NCBI RefSeq assembly: GCF_006345805.1
Contig: NC_043016.1
Span: 10,664,001-10,728,000, forward strand
Source of the DNA: Octopus sinensis
Taxonomy: Eukaryota
Direction of reading: 5' to 3'
DNA: 64,000 bases
The notes below the pieces were generated by a model that was given only the letters and a program-made list of their open reading frames with translations, ran no database searches and was not told the origin of the DNA. Each line of letters starts with the position of its first letter. The first letter of the stretch is position 1. Made by a program: the position numbers and the translations under genes. Of the stretch, positions 49,827 to 64,000 are shown one piece after another.

Positions 49827-52670
49827 TTTAGAATGACATTGTTAGGTAGGTGGGAGAGGCTGGATATGGCTGGTCTTAACATAAAACAGGTGGAATATTG
49901 GGCTGAATATGGCTGGATTAAATGCTAAAAGATCATCTCTTTAACATTCAGATTATTCTGTCAAATATAATATTTATTTATTATTGACATTAGGCATTAT
50001 CTCTTTGAGATTTTGATGATGTGATTGTTTAATTTTAGAATGACAATGTTGGGTAGGTGTTAGAGGCTGGATCTGACCAATCTAAACAGAATATTTGGAC
50101 TGGATATAGTCAGCTTAACCCTTTAACATTCCAATTACTCTGTCAAATGTAATGCTTATTTATTCACAATTTGATTTCATTTAACCATGCATAATCCTGG
50201 TGATTTGAGATTTCAATGATGTAATTATTTTCAGAATGACATTGCAGGGTAGATGTGAAAGACCAGATCTGACCAGTTTTAACGTAAAACAAGTAGAATA
50301 TATTTGATCCTGATATGACTGATTTGAACATAAAATACGTAGAGTATTTGGGTCAGATATGGCTGGTCTAAATGCTAGAGGGTTAATTATGGTCATGCTC
50401 ATATACAAACATCAAATACTTTCAAGACAAGGATGTACAAAATACATGTGCATGCACACACACACACACACACACTGTATGATTGACATCTTTCAGTTTC
50501 CTTCTATCAAAATCCACTTAAGATACTTTACTTGGTTGGGTCTAGAGAAAAAGGCATTTACCCAAGATGCCATTGAACCCATGATCACATGAGTGGGAAG
50601 CAAGCTTCTTAGCCCCACCACTGTTCCTGTGCCTACTTACCATTTATAAAGTCTTGTATTCTTTAGACCTTTTATCAATGAATTTGTTTTTTGTAATTTC
50701 TATATTTTGTTTATACTTATGTTATTCTATTTTACACCTTAATATAATTAGGGATTGTAAATTCTTTCAATTTCTTTCCTGTACTTTGACTTATTGTATT
50801 TGGGTTTCTTCAGAGGAAATTCTTCTATAAAGAATAAATCCAAGATACAAGTCAGTTTCACTGTTGTTTCTCTTTACTGATCAAATTACTGTAATCTCGT
50901 CCAACTCTGACCTTCCATACATTGTGCACATAAAGTGTGAATTTTATGTATGCATTTAGAGTTGAATTGTAAATGCTTGTGTGATGTTCCAGTAATCTGA
51001 TGTGTTAGCTTTGTTTATTTGCATTAATTTGTGAATATAAACTGTATTGCCTAATGCTGAACATACTACTTGATGTAAACATGAACATATAATTTTGCCT
51101 ACTAAAAATAATGATTCTTTCTATTATAGGCACAAAGCTTGAAATTTTGTTGGAGGAGGTCAATCGATTGCATTGACCCCAGTGTTCAACTGTTTTTTTG
51201 GTTTTTTTTTATTTCTTTTAGGATGAAAAGCAAATTCAACTTAGCGGAATTTAAACTCTGAAAGTAAAGAGCCAGAAGAAATGTTGCTTTATATCCTATT
51301 TTGTACGCAATTCTACATGATAAAGGTTATGAAACAGCTGTAATCATATTGAAGTCATTTTGAAAAAATAAATCCGTATTCATCACTTGATTTTATGCTT
51401 TATTTACTCCTGGTAAAAAAATTTGTTGTTCAAATTTTCTGGATTTTCAGTAACATAAACACTTTACATTTCACTACACAATAATTGATCACCTTGTAAA
51501 CTGATAGCTGATTCCAAATGGGGAGCTTGCTATGAATGCCACTTGTTTATCTGAAGCCAACTTTTTTTTACTATTCTTGTGTGCATGTGTGTGTGTGTGT
51601 GTGTGTGTGATGCCCATACTTTAATAGTATAGGCATCACATACCTATACTATTACAGTCTTCTCCCTCGTATGTTACATCCAATTCTTCTTTGTACCAAG
51701 TTTGTTTCTCAGTTCATTTATACTTTGTTGCTCCCATACACTAACATGGCACATCCAGCAAAGCATGGTCACTTCATTTCTCTCCTAACACCAATCACTC
51801 TGAGAGTATAATGGGTGCTTTTACGTGCCACTGGCACGGGTGCCAGTTGTGTGACACCATTATCTGCCACAACTACGATTTCACTTGGCTTGATGGATCT
51901 TCTTCTCATGCATGGCATATTGCTAAGGGTCTCGGTCATTTGTCATTGCCCCCGTGAGGCCCAATGCTCGAAAAGTGCTTTTTACATGCCACCGGCATGG
52001 GTGCTGTGTCTTTGTATCTGTGTTTGTCTCCCACCACTTGACAACTGGTGTTGGTTTGTTTACATCCCATAACTTAGCAGTTCAGTAAAGCGATTGATAG
52101 AATAAGTACCAGGCTTTAGAAAATTCTTTAAAATGTACTAAAACTTTTTCAAGGCAGTGCCCCAGCTTGGCCGCTGTTTAATGACTGAAACAAGATGAAA
52201 AAAATCCTGTTCTACAATTCAAAATACAAAATGTCAGAAATATATTTGAAGGATATAATTAACCCTTTTCTTCTGGACCAACCCACCTGACAGTTCCCAT
52301 TCTAGTTCTATGATACAAAATTACCTGTTGTAAAGTTTTTTCATGTTTATATTTAAACTGTCTGTTGTATTTCATGTAAGAATAATTCTGTTGCTGCTTT
52401 CCAAAATAATGACTTAATAATTCATAAATTATATATTAAAATATTCTTATTTCTATAATAATGTTTTTCCATTGTAAAATTATAGAAATATAATATATAT
52501 ATATATATAATATAGATATAATATATACACATATATATATACACCATATATTATATAACACATATATATATATAATATATATATATACATATCTATATAT
52601 ATAGATACAAACACATATATATATACATATATATATATATAATTATATATATATAATATATATTATATAT

Positions 52671-52723
<53 letters not shown>

Positions 52724-52827
52724 TACACACACACATATATATATACATATATATATATACATATATATATAAATATATATATATAGTATATATATAATTT
52801 AATACATTATATATATATATATATAAT

Positions 52828-52868
<41 letters not shown>

Positions 52869-53435
52869 ATATATATATAGTATATATATATATATACATA
52901 TATATATATACATATATATATTAAATATATATTATATATATATATCTATATATATATAGTATAATATATATATAATATTATATGTTGTTGTTGTATTTAA
53001 AGTAGCAACTTGACAACAGCAAAGTTGTTTTACTAAATCCATTCAAATTCTTAATTATTTTCACAATTAATTTCCAAATATGGTTAGATGGTTGGTGACA
53101 CGATCATCATCATCATCATCACCACCACCACCACCACCACCACCACCACCACCACTAACACCGTAGCTGTCACCACCATCACCATCATCATTTAATGTCC
53201 ACTTCCCCATACTTGCATGGGTCAGATGGAGTTTTATTTGGAGCAGATTTTCTACAGTTGGATGCCCTTGCTGTCACCAATCCTCATCTGTTTCCAAGCA
53301 AGGTAAGATTTCCCCATGGGCAGACATGTTTTTCATGGAAGACTAGAAACAAAAAAATCACTTATATGATGGTGATGCTTCTTTATAACCAAAATGCAAA
53401 TATATGGGAAATTACCACCTGTGACATCTCTTGTG

Positions 53436-53690
53436 AAAGGTAGGAGAGTCCAGTTTGCTGGACATTGTTGTAGAGCTGAAAAAGAAGTAATTTCTACTCT
53501 TCTCCTCTGGAAGCCATCTGTTCGCAACACCAGAGGGCGCACACACTCTCCTACCCTGATGTAATCTCCAGGGATACAGGCATCCAGCAACAGGACCTCC
53601 GTAATGCTACGACGGACCGTGAAGTCTGGCGTAGCATGGTAAATTCCATTGTCTCGACCACGGTCGAACAATGATGATGATGATGATAAC
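53436..53690 (+). mobile_element. RTE-type LINE extreme 3' end
   Basis: RRVQFAGHCCRA..E.IS.LLLW.P…RGR…YPDVISRDTG…LRNA..DREVWR, followed by a (GAT)n tail. Confidence 0.8.
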
Positions 53691-53739
53691 CACAATTTCA
53701 GATCAAGGGAACACAAAAATACATTTACATACATATATA

Positions 53740-54318
53740 CAGGGTGGCCCAAAAGTAGGTTTACAGTTATCACGTAAGCACTTTAAATTTCTTTTAAAAC
53801 ATTTTATTACATTTAAATTTCCATCTTACAATCATATTGTTTATGCACATCTGTTTAAAACAGACAATGTTTAGTCTCTCGGATACTCAAAATTCTCCTC
53901 CTTCAACATTGCAACATTCTTCAAACCTCTTCAGAACACTCTGACACACAGTGCAGCACAAATTCCGTTCACCATCAATTTAAGTGAATACGTCAGAAAT
54001 GTAATCTTTTAATTCATTTACTGTTTTGGGATTTTTCTCACAAATCTTGTTCTTTACAACACCCCAAAAAAAGAAATCCATTAGTGTCAGGTCAAGTGAA
54101 CGTGGTGGCCATTTGATGCTGCTCCATCTTCGAAGCCAACACTGTGGAAAGGCTTGGCTAAAGTACTCTCTTACTGTCAACGCATAAGAGCTTGACAAAT
54201 TTATCTAAATTAGCATAGAACAATGGTTTTATTTTTTTATAATTAACATCTACACTGTTAATATATATATGCAAAAGCAATAGCCGGATAACTGTAAACA
54301 TACTTTTGGGTCACCCTG
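53740..54318 (-). mobile_element. Deleted Tc1/mariner-superfamily element
   Basis: 32-bp TIRs CAGGGTGGCCCAAAAGTAGGTTTACAGTTATC (2 mismatches) flanked by TA; remnant KWPPRSLDLTLMDFFFWGVVK. Confidence 0.9.
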
Positions 54319-57300
54319 TACATACAAGCATACACACACACACACACACACACGCATGTGCACGTGCACACACATACATACACGGCAGCTTCTTTCAGTT
54401 TCTGTTCCCCAAATCCACACAAGGCTGGTAGCTAGAGTAGAAAACACTTGCCCAAGGTGCCATGCAGTGGGACTGAACCCAAGACCATACAGCCGAGAAG
54501 CATCTTTCTTAACCATACAACTATGCCTGCATTTTGAGATGAAATTCAACAATAAAACTGACATAACACAATTTCATACAAAAACGCCGTAATGAAAGTT
54601 CTAAGTTATTTGTTTGCTTCGGTATTTCTATTTTCATTTAGTTTATAGTGCTATTCAAAGTGACAGACATATTTCTTTCGTACCAAATTTGATGACTGGC
54701 ACCTGTGCCAGTGGAGCGATAACAGCTTCATCCGAGCAGGATCACTGCTAGAGCAGCTGTCTGGCTTCCATGCCGGTGACACGTAAAAAGCACCGTTTGA
54801 GCGTGATCGTTACCAGCGTCGCCTTACTGGCACGTGAATAAAACATTCGAGTGAGGTCGCTGCCAGTGCCGCTAGACTTACTCCTGTGCAGGTGGCACAT
54901 AAAAAAACACCATTTCGAGCATGGCCGTTGCCACTACCACCAGACTGGCACTCGTGCAGGTGGCACATAAAAGCACCCACTACACTCTCAGAGTGGTTGG
55001 CATTAGGAAGGGCATCCAGCTGTAGAAAATCTGCCAGATCAGATTGGAGCCTGGCACAGCCATCTGGTTCGCCAGTCCTCAGTCAAATCATCCAACCCAT
55101 GGAGAGCAGATGTTAAATGATGATGATGATGAAACTTGTTGCAGACTTTACAATGAATGCTACATATTTTTTTTTCTCCTTTTTATAGTGGTAAAATGGT
55201 AAATTGCATCATGGTTTGGCTAATTATGCCAACATATCTAAAATGTTGCTTGAAACGGTTCTGTGAACATCAAATTTGAACTGTTTGAGTAAGACCTGCA
55301 TCTTATTCAAACAATTCAAATCATGTTTATGTATAAACAACAGCAATAACAAACAAGAGACACAATTTAAATTGAGAAGAAAATAAATTTTTTTGTTTGT
55401 TTGTTTAGTAACATTCACATTTCTAGGATATTCTTTATATACTCTTTACTCATTTACTCTTTTACTTGTTTCAGCAGCATTTGACTGCGGCCATGCTGGA
55501 GCACCGCCTTTAGTCGAGCAAATCGACCCCGGGACTTATTCTTTGTAAGCCAGTACTTATTCTATCGGTCTATCGGTCTCTTGCCGAACCGCTAAGTGAC
55601 GGGGACATAAACACACCAGCATCGGTTGTCAAGCAATGCTAGGGGGACAAACACAGACACCACAAACATATACACATACACATATATATATATACATATA
55701 CGACAGGCTCTTTCAGTTTCCATCTACCAAATCCACTCACAAGGCATTGGTCGGCCCGGGGCAGAAGACACTTGCAGAAGACTATGGCAGAAGACACTTG
55801 CCCAAGATGCCACGCAATGGGACTGAACCCGGAACCATGTGGTTGGTAAACAAGCTACTTACCACACAGCCACTCCTGCGCCTATATTAATAGAAAATTA
55901 TTATTTCTAAATCTCTAAACTAGAGACATTCAGTAACAGTATTCAAGAGTAAAGATCATTTGCCAACATAATGTAGCAGTCCTGGTTAGGACGATTGTTA
56001 CTGTTATTTAGCGCAAGGAAACATCAGCTCCAGCTGGCTATACGACACACTATCTGCGTCCTTATACTTTCGAACAAGGGGGTTTCGCATTCTCGCTCAG
56101 CTTAAAAGCAATATCTGCATACCAATGGTTTCTGGGTCACATTCTGTGTTACATTGAATCTCACTGAGGACTACATTAAGGTTACACATGTCTGTGGAGT
56201 ACTCAGCCACTTGCATGGTAATTTCATGAGCAGGTTGTTCCATTGATCAGATCAAGTGGAATACACATCTTCGTAACCAACAGAGTGCCAGTAATTTTCA
56301 TATATTCTTTTACTTATTTCAGTCATTTGACTGTGGCCACACTGGAGCACCGCCTTTTAGTCAAACAAATCAGCCCCAGGACTTATTTTTTTTAAGCCTA
56401 GTACTTATTCTATCAGTCTCTTCTTGCTGAACCGCTAAGTTACAGGGACATAAACACACCAACATCGGGTGTCAAACAATGGCGGGGGTGGGGGTCAAAT
56501 GCAGACATAAATAACAAATAAATACATATACATATATACATGACAGGCTTCTTTCAGTTTCCATCTACCAAATTCACTCACAAATTCACTCAGCTCGAGG
56601 CTATAGTAGAAGACACTTGCCCAAGGTACCACGCAGTGGGACTGAACCCAGAACCATGTGGTTGGGAAGCAAGCTACTTACCACACAGCCACTCAATTAT
56701 AATTCTTGAATTAGTCTGCAAATAAATTTCTGATATTGGAAGAACTTGGATGATTCATTGAGATATGTAAAATATTGGATACAATATATTTCGTACACCA
56801 TTAAAATATTGGATTCCTGGCCTTGTGAGACATTTGCAGTGACACCGTTTCAACTGCCCATGTTGCAGTTCAACTTTATTGTCATGTGTGTTGCTTTGAC
56901 CTGGCACTTCATCAGTTACAATGAGTGTTCTAGTTGATCCGATCAATGGAACAGCCAACTCATGATATTAAAATGCAAATGGCTGAGTACTCCACAGAAA
57001 AGTCTACTTTCGACATAAGTTCTGAGGGAGATCCAGCATGGACACAGAATGCGACAAATAAGGCCAACCCTTTGAATTACAGGTACTACTCATTTTTGTC
57101 AGCTGAGTGAACTGGAACAACATGAAATAAAGTGTCTTGCTCAAGGACACAACATGCTACCAGTAACTGGACACTCATAAGCTCATAATTGTGAGCTAAA
57201 TACCCTAACTACTAAACCACGCATCTTCACTTGTTTTGGCTGATGACAGACTAGTATCCTCTGAAGCTTAAATTTTCTTTAAAAACACATGAAAACTTAT

Positions 57301-59956
57301 TCTGCTCACTTGGATTCCCCCATCTACATCAGGTAAGTCTTTTGGTCTCCTTATTTTCATCCTGGTAGCAATCATATATCTGGTATTATTTTTCCCACCT
57401 TTCATTTTCTCTTGATGGTAGCTGACAGCCTAGCCTTGACAGAACTTTTGCTAGTAAATATCTAGTATGTTATAAATCACAATATATCTGTGCATAATGA
57501 CTAACGCATACATTTCCACAATTCTCAACTGATTTTCTCCAAACTTTACACACACCCATTACTTATGTCCCAAGGATGGGCATGCACTATAACATTTGTC
57601 CCAGTGCTCCCGCATAAATGGACATAGTTTTTCTGTATGTTGGGTCTTCCATAATTTTTTAATCTTTTTATAAAAGTGAAAGGATTTTCTCTATTCATTT
57701 ATTTCAACTGTGCATGACCCAGTCAGGAAACAAGATTTGGAAGCTGCCATTTTGTTTTAATGTAAATAAATACTCTTTTACTCTTTTACTTGTTTCAGTC
57801 ATTTGACTGCGGCCATACTGGAGCACCACCTTTAGTCGAGCAAATCGATCCCGGGACTTATTCTTTGTAAGCCAAGTACTTATTCTATCGGTCTCTTTTT
57901 GCCGAACCGCTAAGTGACGGGGACATAAACACACCAGCATCGGTTGTCAAGCAATGCTCGGGGGACAAACACAGACACACACACATACATACACACATAT
58001 ATATATATACATATATACGACGGGCTTCTTTCAGTTTCCGTCTACCAAATCCACTCACAAGGCCCGAGGCTATAGTAGAAGACAGTTGCCCAAGGTGCCA
58101 CGCAGTGGGACTGAACCCGGAACCATGTGGTTGGTTAGCAAGCTACTTACCACACAGCCACTCCTACGCCTATATTTATGTTTATAAATGTTTATGCTAA
58201 TTTAAAAGACATAACCAAAAAATCCTTATTTAGCTGTTATTTCTTAGCACAACATGTGTTATGTCTCCAGTAATTTTATTTCATGTAAATAAATGTTTAT
58301 GTTAATTTAAAAGATTTATCCAAATTTGTTGTATGTACATGGTTTTTTGTACGTAGGGTCTTCCATACTTTTTAAATCTATATTGTAGTATATTGGCCTT
58401 AGAGAATATTTTTCAGTGGTTATTACATTTTTATTTATTTATTATTTATTTATATGTTGTGATTCTATATTATTACCTTCTATATTTTCTTAATATCTGT
58501 ATTGGTGTGTATCATTTGAGTTTTGGTTAGAGAATATATAAAGGTGAATGGATTTTGTCTATTCATTTCCACTGTTTTCCATACTTTTTAAACCGATACG
58601 GTCGTATATATTTGCATTTTTTCTTTTATTTGTTTCAGTCATTTTGACTGTGGCCATGATGGAGTACTGCCTTTAGTCAAGCAAATCAACCCCAGGACTT
58701 ATTCTTTCTAAGCCTAGTTGTTATTCTATCGATCTCTTTTGTCAAACCATTAAGTTATGGGGGTGTAAACACACTAGCAGTAATTGTCAAGCAATATTGG
58801 GGGGGGGGAGGTGGCAAGCTAACAGAAACGTTAGCACACCAGGCAAAATACTTAGCGGTATTTCATGTCTTTACGTTCTGAGTTCGAATTCCGCCGAGGT
58901 CGACTTTGCCTTTCATCCTTTCGGGGTCGATAAATTAAGTATCAGTGATACACAGGGGTTGATGTGATTGACTAGTACCCTCCCCACAAATCTGAGGCCT
59001 TGTGCCTAAAATAGAAAGAAATGTTGGGGGGGGGGGAACACAGACACACAAACATATATATATATAATATATATATATACGACAGGCTTCTTTCAGTTTC
59101 CATCTACCAAGTACACTCACAAGGCTTTGGTCAGCCTTAGGCTATAGCAGAAGACACTAGCTCAAGGTGCCACACAGTGGGAATGAACCCAGAACCATGT
59201 GGTTTGTAAGCAAGCTATTTACCACACAGCCACTCCTGCACCTACAGTCATTTGACTGCATTACAGAATATTTTTTAGTTGTTTTCACATTTTTTGATTT
59301 ATTATTTATTTATATGTTGTAATTGTGTATTATTACTTTCTATATTTTTTTTTATATCTGTATTACTGTGTATTGTTTGAGTTTTGGTTAGAGAATATTA
59401 TAAAAGTGAAAGGATTTTGTCTATTCATTTTAACTGTCCACCTGTCATGGTGATTAGGAACACTGTACACAATGAATATCCAAAACCAAACAATCTTAAT
59501 CTCCATATATAAGCTGCATTAAACTTTAGCAAGCTTACCTTTACCTATTCTGAGTTACTTGAAAACTTCCCTCTCTTCTATTTGTTGATACGTTTGTTCA
59601 CCTACCAACGTGTTTTTCCACTTTAAGGAATGCTTATTTACCCATCCGTTATGATATTTCGACTGTTGTCCATTGTTTGAAATATGTTTTGGCATTGTCA
59701 TTCTAGCATTTTTTAAACAATCACATATGATTTGTCCCAAAGAACCAACCTTTAAATAAGAGTTTTGCTTCCACTAGAGAAAGCTATACGTATCTTTCAG
59801 AAGGCTCTATATCAATTTCACTTTATGTGGCATTTGCCGTTACTTTATGCACAGACTACATGGGAAGACAGAATAAGGGAGCTTTTGTTAGCTTATAATA
59901 CAACTGATAATTACTTGGTACACTAAAACCCATTTCCTTCTCCAGATAATACAAGC

Positions 59957-60730
59957 ATGCCACCTAAAAAGAGAGCAGCATGCATTGGCAGAAAATCTTC
60001 TGCAGTGGGAAGGCAGTGGAGCTGGCAGGCTAAGGAAACTGAGGACCAGAAGTCTTGTAGATTGTTGAAAAAAGCTGCCGCCGTTAGAGCTGCAACTACT
60101 CCAGAGCAGCATGAAACCTATTGAGTGCATGCTGCTGACGCAAGGGCCATAGAAACCCGACAAGAGAGTGCTATTTGTCGGGCAGGCAATGCTGTATCCA
60201 CTTCTGCTGCAAGGTTGGCAGATGACAATAACCATTGGATGATAAGACTTCACTCTAAAGTTCACCGCCAGGCTCTTGCCCATGGCTATTGGAAGCCATC
60301 GAGTAGTCGATGGGCATCAAAAGTGCTCAACTGTGGTCCTACTGAGGATTATTCCACTCATTAGAGACTGTTATGGGGGATATATCTGTGATATGTCCAT
60401 TTTGCAAGGTCCTCAAGTGAGTTGGAGAATCCAGTGGCCTATGCTGCTCAAATGGAAAGTTTCGCTTGCCTGACTTGCAAAACACACATCAGCCTTTGCT
60501 CTCTTTACTCCTTGGTCAACACCCTGATTTGCAGCAATTTATACAGAAAATGCAGGCTTATAACTCTACCTTTCAGCTGACAGGTTCTGGTCACAAACCC
60601 ATTCATGAAGACTCTTATATGCCAACGTTCAAAATTCAGGGCCAAACCTATCATCGGATAGGCTCTATTCTTTCTGTCAACAATGCTGAACACTCCTTCA
60701 TATTTACTTCATGGGAGATACCACTGAGCA
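59957..60730 (+). mobile_element. Helitron Rep/Hel N-terminal fragment (pseudogenised)
   Basis: MPPKKR… start, C2 motif ICPFCK…GLCCSNGKV, then YNSTFQLT…MPTFKIQGQTYHRIGSIL. Confidence 0.88.
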
Positions 60731-61355
60731 AACGGCTTGCTGAGCTCAAGTGGCACCTGGAACACAGTGAAAAAAATACCACCAAAACAACTTAAACCAT
60801 CGAAAAGACGGGTGTGCTACTAGTATCTAATAAACATGTACATTTTTTACATAATCCCACAGAGAATCATGACTTTACGTAATTGTAGTTTATTCAAAGC
60901 TGCTTCATGCAACATTAACTATTTGACTCCAACCAGGCTGGGCCATTTGCAGTTTGTCTGCTGCATTCATATGCATAACTTCATGCATACTGTGCCGCAG
61001 GCGACTGAGTTAATTTACTCAGCTGATGAAGCAAAACAAGACAGAAACACATGCAGCCTAAGATCTGATGCATCTCCTCCCCATCCCCAGAGTCCAAAGT
61101 AAAAACATGTGCTTGCAGAAGTCTATATAGGAAAACCTTCTCCCAGACTATTCTTGGTGTGTTAGGTCTTATGATAAACCAATTACAAACAAACATGTTG
61201 AACACAAATATATTTATTGATTACATCAAGAATTTTATAAACTTTCGAGAGAATGTGAAATAATTGTTTTCTTTTTGGAATGTTTTAAAAAAGTTATAGC
61301 TGTATGCGAGCTTAGAGATTCACATTACAAGTGTGTATGTGTGTATGTTTTTAAG

Positions 61356-61387
<32 letters not shown>

Positions 61388-62130
61388 TATAGACATGTGT
61401 GTGTTTTTAGCCATTGGCTCCATACAAAGACTATTTATCTGCTTGCACACAAATTATTCCACTGGCCACACCAATATTTTATATACTCTTGAGTATATTC
61501 ACAAACAACACATGCATGTAAACTTTGCCTTGATGTTACAAATCAATATCTAAAAAAATTTCCCATGTTTGAATTCTATATTGAACGTGTTTTCTAAAAC
61601 CACACGCACATAGTAGAATAAATGTTACATTATTTTACTAACAAAAATCTGTTGAGATTTCTTTTACTTGTTTCAGTCATTTGACTGTGGTCATGCTGGA
61701 GCACCGCCTTTAGTCGAGCAAATCAACCCCAGGACTTATTTTTGTAAGCCTTAGTACTTATTCTATTTGCTCCCTTTTGCCAAACTGCTAAGTTACAGGG
61801 ACGTAAACCAACACACAGATCGGTTGTCATGTGATGTTGGGGGTGGAGGACAAACACAGATACACACACATACATACATACATATATATATATACACACA
61901 CACCACATATATGCATATATATATAATATATATATAATATATATATATATATTATATATATACAATGGGCTTTTTCAGTTCCTTTTCCGTCCTATCAAAT
62001 CCATTCACAGGCTTTGGTCAGCCTGAGGCTATAGTAGAAGACATTTGCCCAAGGGTCCACACAATGGGACTGAACCTGGAACCATGTGGTTGGTGAGCAA
62101 GCTACTTACCACACAGCCACTCCTGCCACC

Positions 62131-62163
<33 letters not shown>

Positions 62164-63389
62164 GACAAGCTTCTTTCAGTTTTCCATCCATTCACAAGGC
62201 TTTGGTCAGCCTGAGGCAATGGTAGAAGACATTTGCCCAAGGTGTGGTTGGTGAGCAAGCAACTTTCCACACAGCCACTCCTATGCCTATATTTTTCTTT
62301 TGCTGGTGTTTAAAAATTTTAAATATATAAAAATATTCAATCAATTTTTGTTGCTGTAGCTAAGAACTAATCTAAGACAAAAAAAAAAAAAAAAATGTTC
62401 TATATACTTAAAATATTGGATATAACATAAAAATATTGGATGCAACATGGTCTTATTAAACACTGAGAAAAAAACTAGATATGATGTGGTCTTTTAAGGT
62501 AGTCTGAATATTAAATACACTGTCACCTTGGAAATCTTATTATTTGTCTGCTATCAAGTTTATGGTAAAAATAAAGTAAAAGACAAGCTTTTGAAAATAA
62601 AGATAATATTGTTAAATACATTGATGCATTAAGCAGACAGTAGTTATTCTTTTTTTCCAGTTCTTTGTGTTTATGTGTACATGTGTGTGATGAGATGAGA
62701 CTTCATGGAACGTCTATCGAATGAATTTTTATTTGATGGTCAATGGCCCAGAGATTCATGTTTAGACATGTCCGCCTCTGAAATGTTTTCCTCCCACAGG
62801 TTTCGATAGGTTCCTCTTCTCTTTGGCCCTGTTAGTCACCAGAGGGCGATCTGCAAATAAGAGAAACGAAAAGTGACAATGAGATAATGAATTACCGAAC
62901 AAGGATGCACATGCGTGCACACGTCAAAGGAGACTGGTGATTTGTAGATGCACACGAGCCTCGGGGGGAAAAAACGAATTTAGTGGAAAGAAGACAACAA
63001 AAGAAAAACAGAATCTAATATCCACAGAATGTTTGTATGTCAAAGTAATAAAGAGACAAAATAAATATGGACAACCTGCTGAAGAAGACAAGAATCACAA
63101 CCAAGAAAGTCTTGTTTATAGACTAGCATCACGTCAAGCAGGATGGTAGTTTATTATTAAATGGTATTAAAAGCAGTGCGGTGGCAGAGTAGTTTATCTT
63201 GCTGGATAAAACGCTTAGTGGCTTGGTGTTTATGAGTTCAAACTCCACCAAGGTCAACTTTGCTTTCCATCCTTTCAGGATTGATGAAATGAGTTCCGGC
63301 CAATCAATGGAGTTGATGTAATTGATTTAATAACTTCCTCTAAAACTGCCAGCCTCTTGTCAAAATTTGAAAACAGTATCAATTGATAC

Positions 63390-63560
63390 ATTATTTACAT
63401 TTGACGGATATTTGTCCTCATCTTGTTTGTTGTTAACACAACGTTTCGGCTGATATACCTTCCAGCCTTCATAGAGGTGTCTTGGGGAAATTTCAAACCT
63501 GGGTTCTCATTCCTAAGGTATTTTTCAATGTTGCTGTTGTTGCTGCTGCTGCTGTTGCTG
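63390..63560 (-). mobile_element. Third, 5'-truncated copy of the hammerhead-bearing element
   Basis: Minus strand GACAC-CTCTATGA-A-GGCTG…CAGCC-GAAAC-GTT-GTGTT (core mutated, cleavage site intact). Confidence 0.8.
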
Positions 63561-63644
63561 TTGTTGTTATTATTATTATTATTACTATTATCATTATCAT
63601 CATTATTATTATTATTATTATTATCATTATCATCATCATTATTA

Positions 63645-63685
<41 letters not shown>

Positions 63686-64000
63686 TAGTTTTATTTTTAT
63701 AGCGTGCTTTCACTCTCACTTCACTACCGAGCGCAGCTCTGTGTGCCTTGGGTATGTGCTGTGATTTGTTGTGATGCTCTGATGGTTATTGTATGGAAAG
63801 TGTTCTGCGTAGGATGTGTGCAGTGCCTAGTAGTGCAATTTTCTGTATGTTATATGTGTTTGTAAGTCCTGGTGTTTTTGTTATGTATTTGTCTGAATAT
63901 TTTTTTATCATGCCTAATGCACCTACTATGATAGGAATTGTTTCTGTTTTCAGATTCCACATTCTAGCTACCTCTATTCCAGGTCTTTGTATTTTGAGAG
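63561..64000 (-). mobile_element. R4/Dong-like LINE 3' end with (TAA)n tail, running off the window
   Basis: LSKYKDLE.EVARMWNLKTETIPIIVGALGMIKK…QKIALLGTAHILRRTLSIQ*, then 3' UTR and (AAT)n. Confidence 0.9.

Noticed and set aside
59555-59740. Minus-strand ORF with a faint CENP-B/Tigger HTH resemblance (NGWV)
   Set aside because: Similarity too weak to support without a profile search.
62836-62850. CTCF-like motif CACCAGAGGGCG (also at about 53530 inside an RTE remnant)
   Set aside because: A short imperfect match with no supporting evidence; one instance is within transposon coding sequence.

Overview
AT-rich, repeat-dense eukaryotic DNA. The SINE and RTE repeat families look like those of octopus, a recognition-based inference that was not searched. 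Most ORFs in the supplied track are microsatellite or repeat artefacts. (1) The last two coding exons of a + strand TPR membrane-protein gene lie at 2851-3058 and 10164-10710, with an apparent single-T frameshift just after the transmembrane helix. (2) A hand-built 10-exon minus-strand gene model (ATG 49472 to stop 15132, 176 aa) is invisible in the ORF track and has a possible NTF2-like secondary-structure pattern and a candidate 8-nt microexon. (3) A symmetric CpG-rich ETS/NRF1-like promoter sits at about 49480-49620, with a probable divergent + strand ORF starting at 49620 and running into a 100-N gap. (4) Mobile elements include several tRNA-derived SINE families, RTE-tailed elements, RTE, R4/Dong-like and Penelope-like fragments, mariner and Tc1/maT-type remnants, piggyBac-type MITEs, a Helitron fragment and a HINE/DINE-like element. 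The most unusual items are a tRNA-headed retroelement carrying a minimal hammerhead-ribozyme motif (3 copies, one with a 12-bp TSD) and a recurrent set of fold-back inverted duplications and hairpins. No real tRNA, rRNA or CRISPR array was found. Coordinates of degenerate repeats are approximate.
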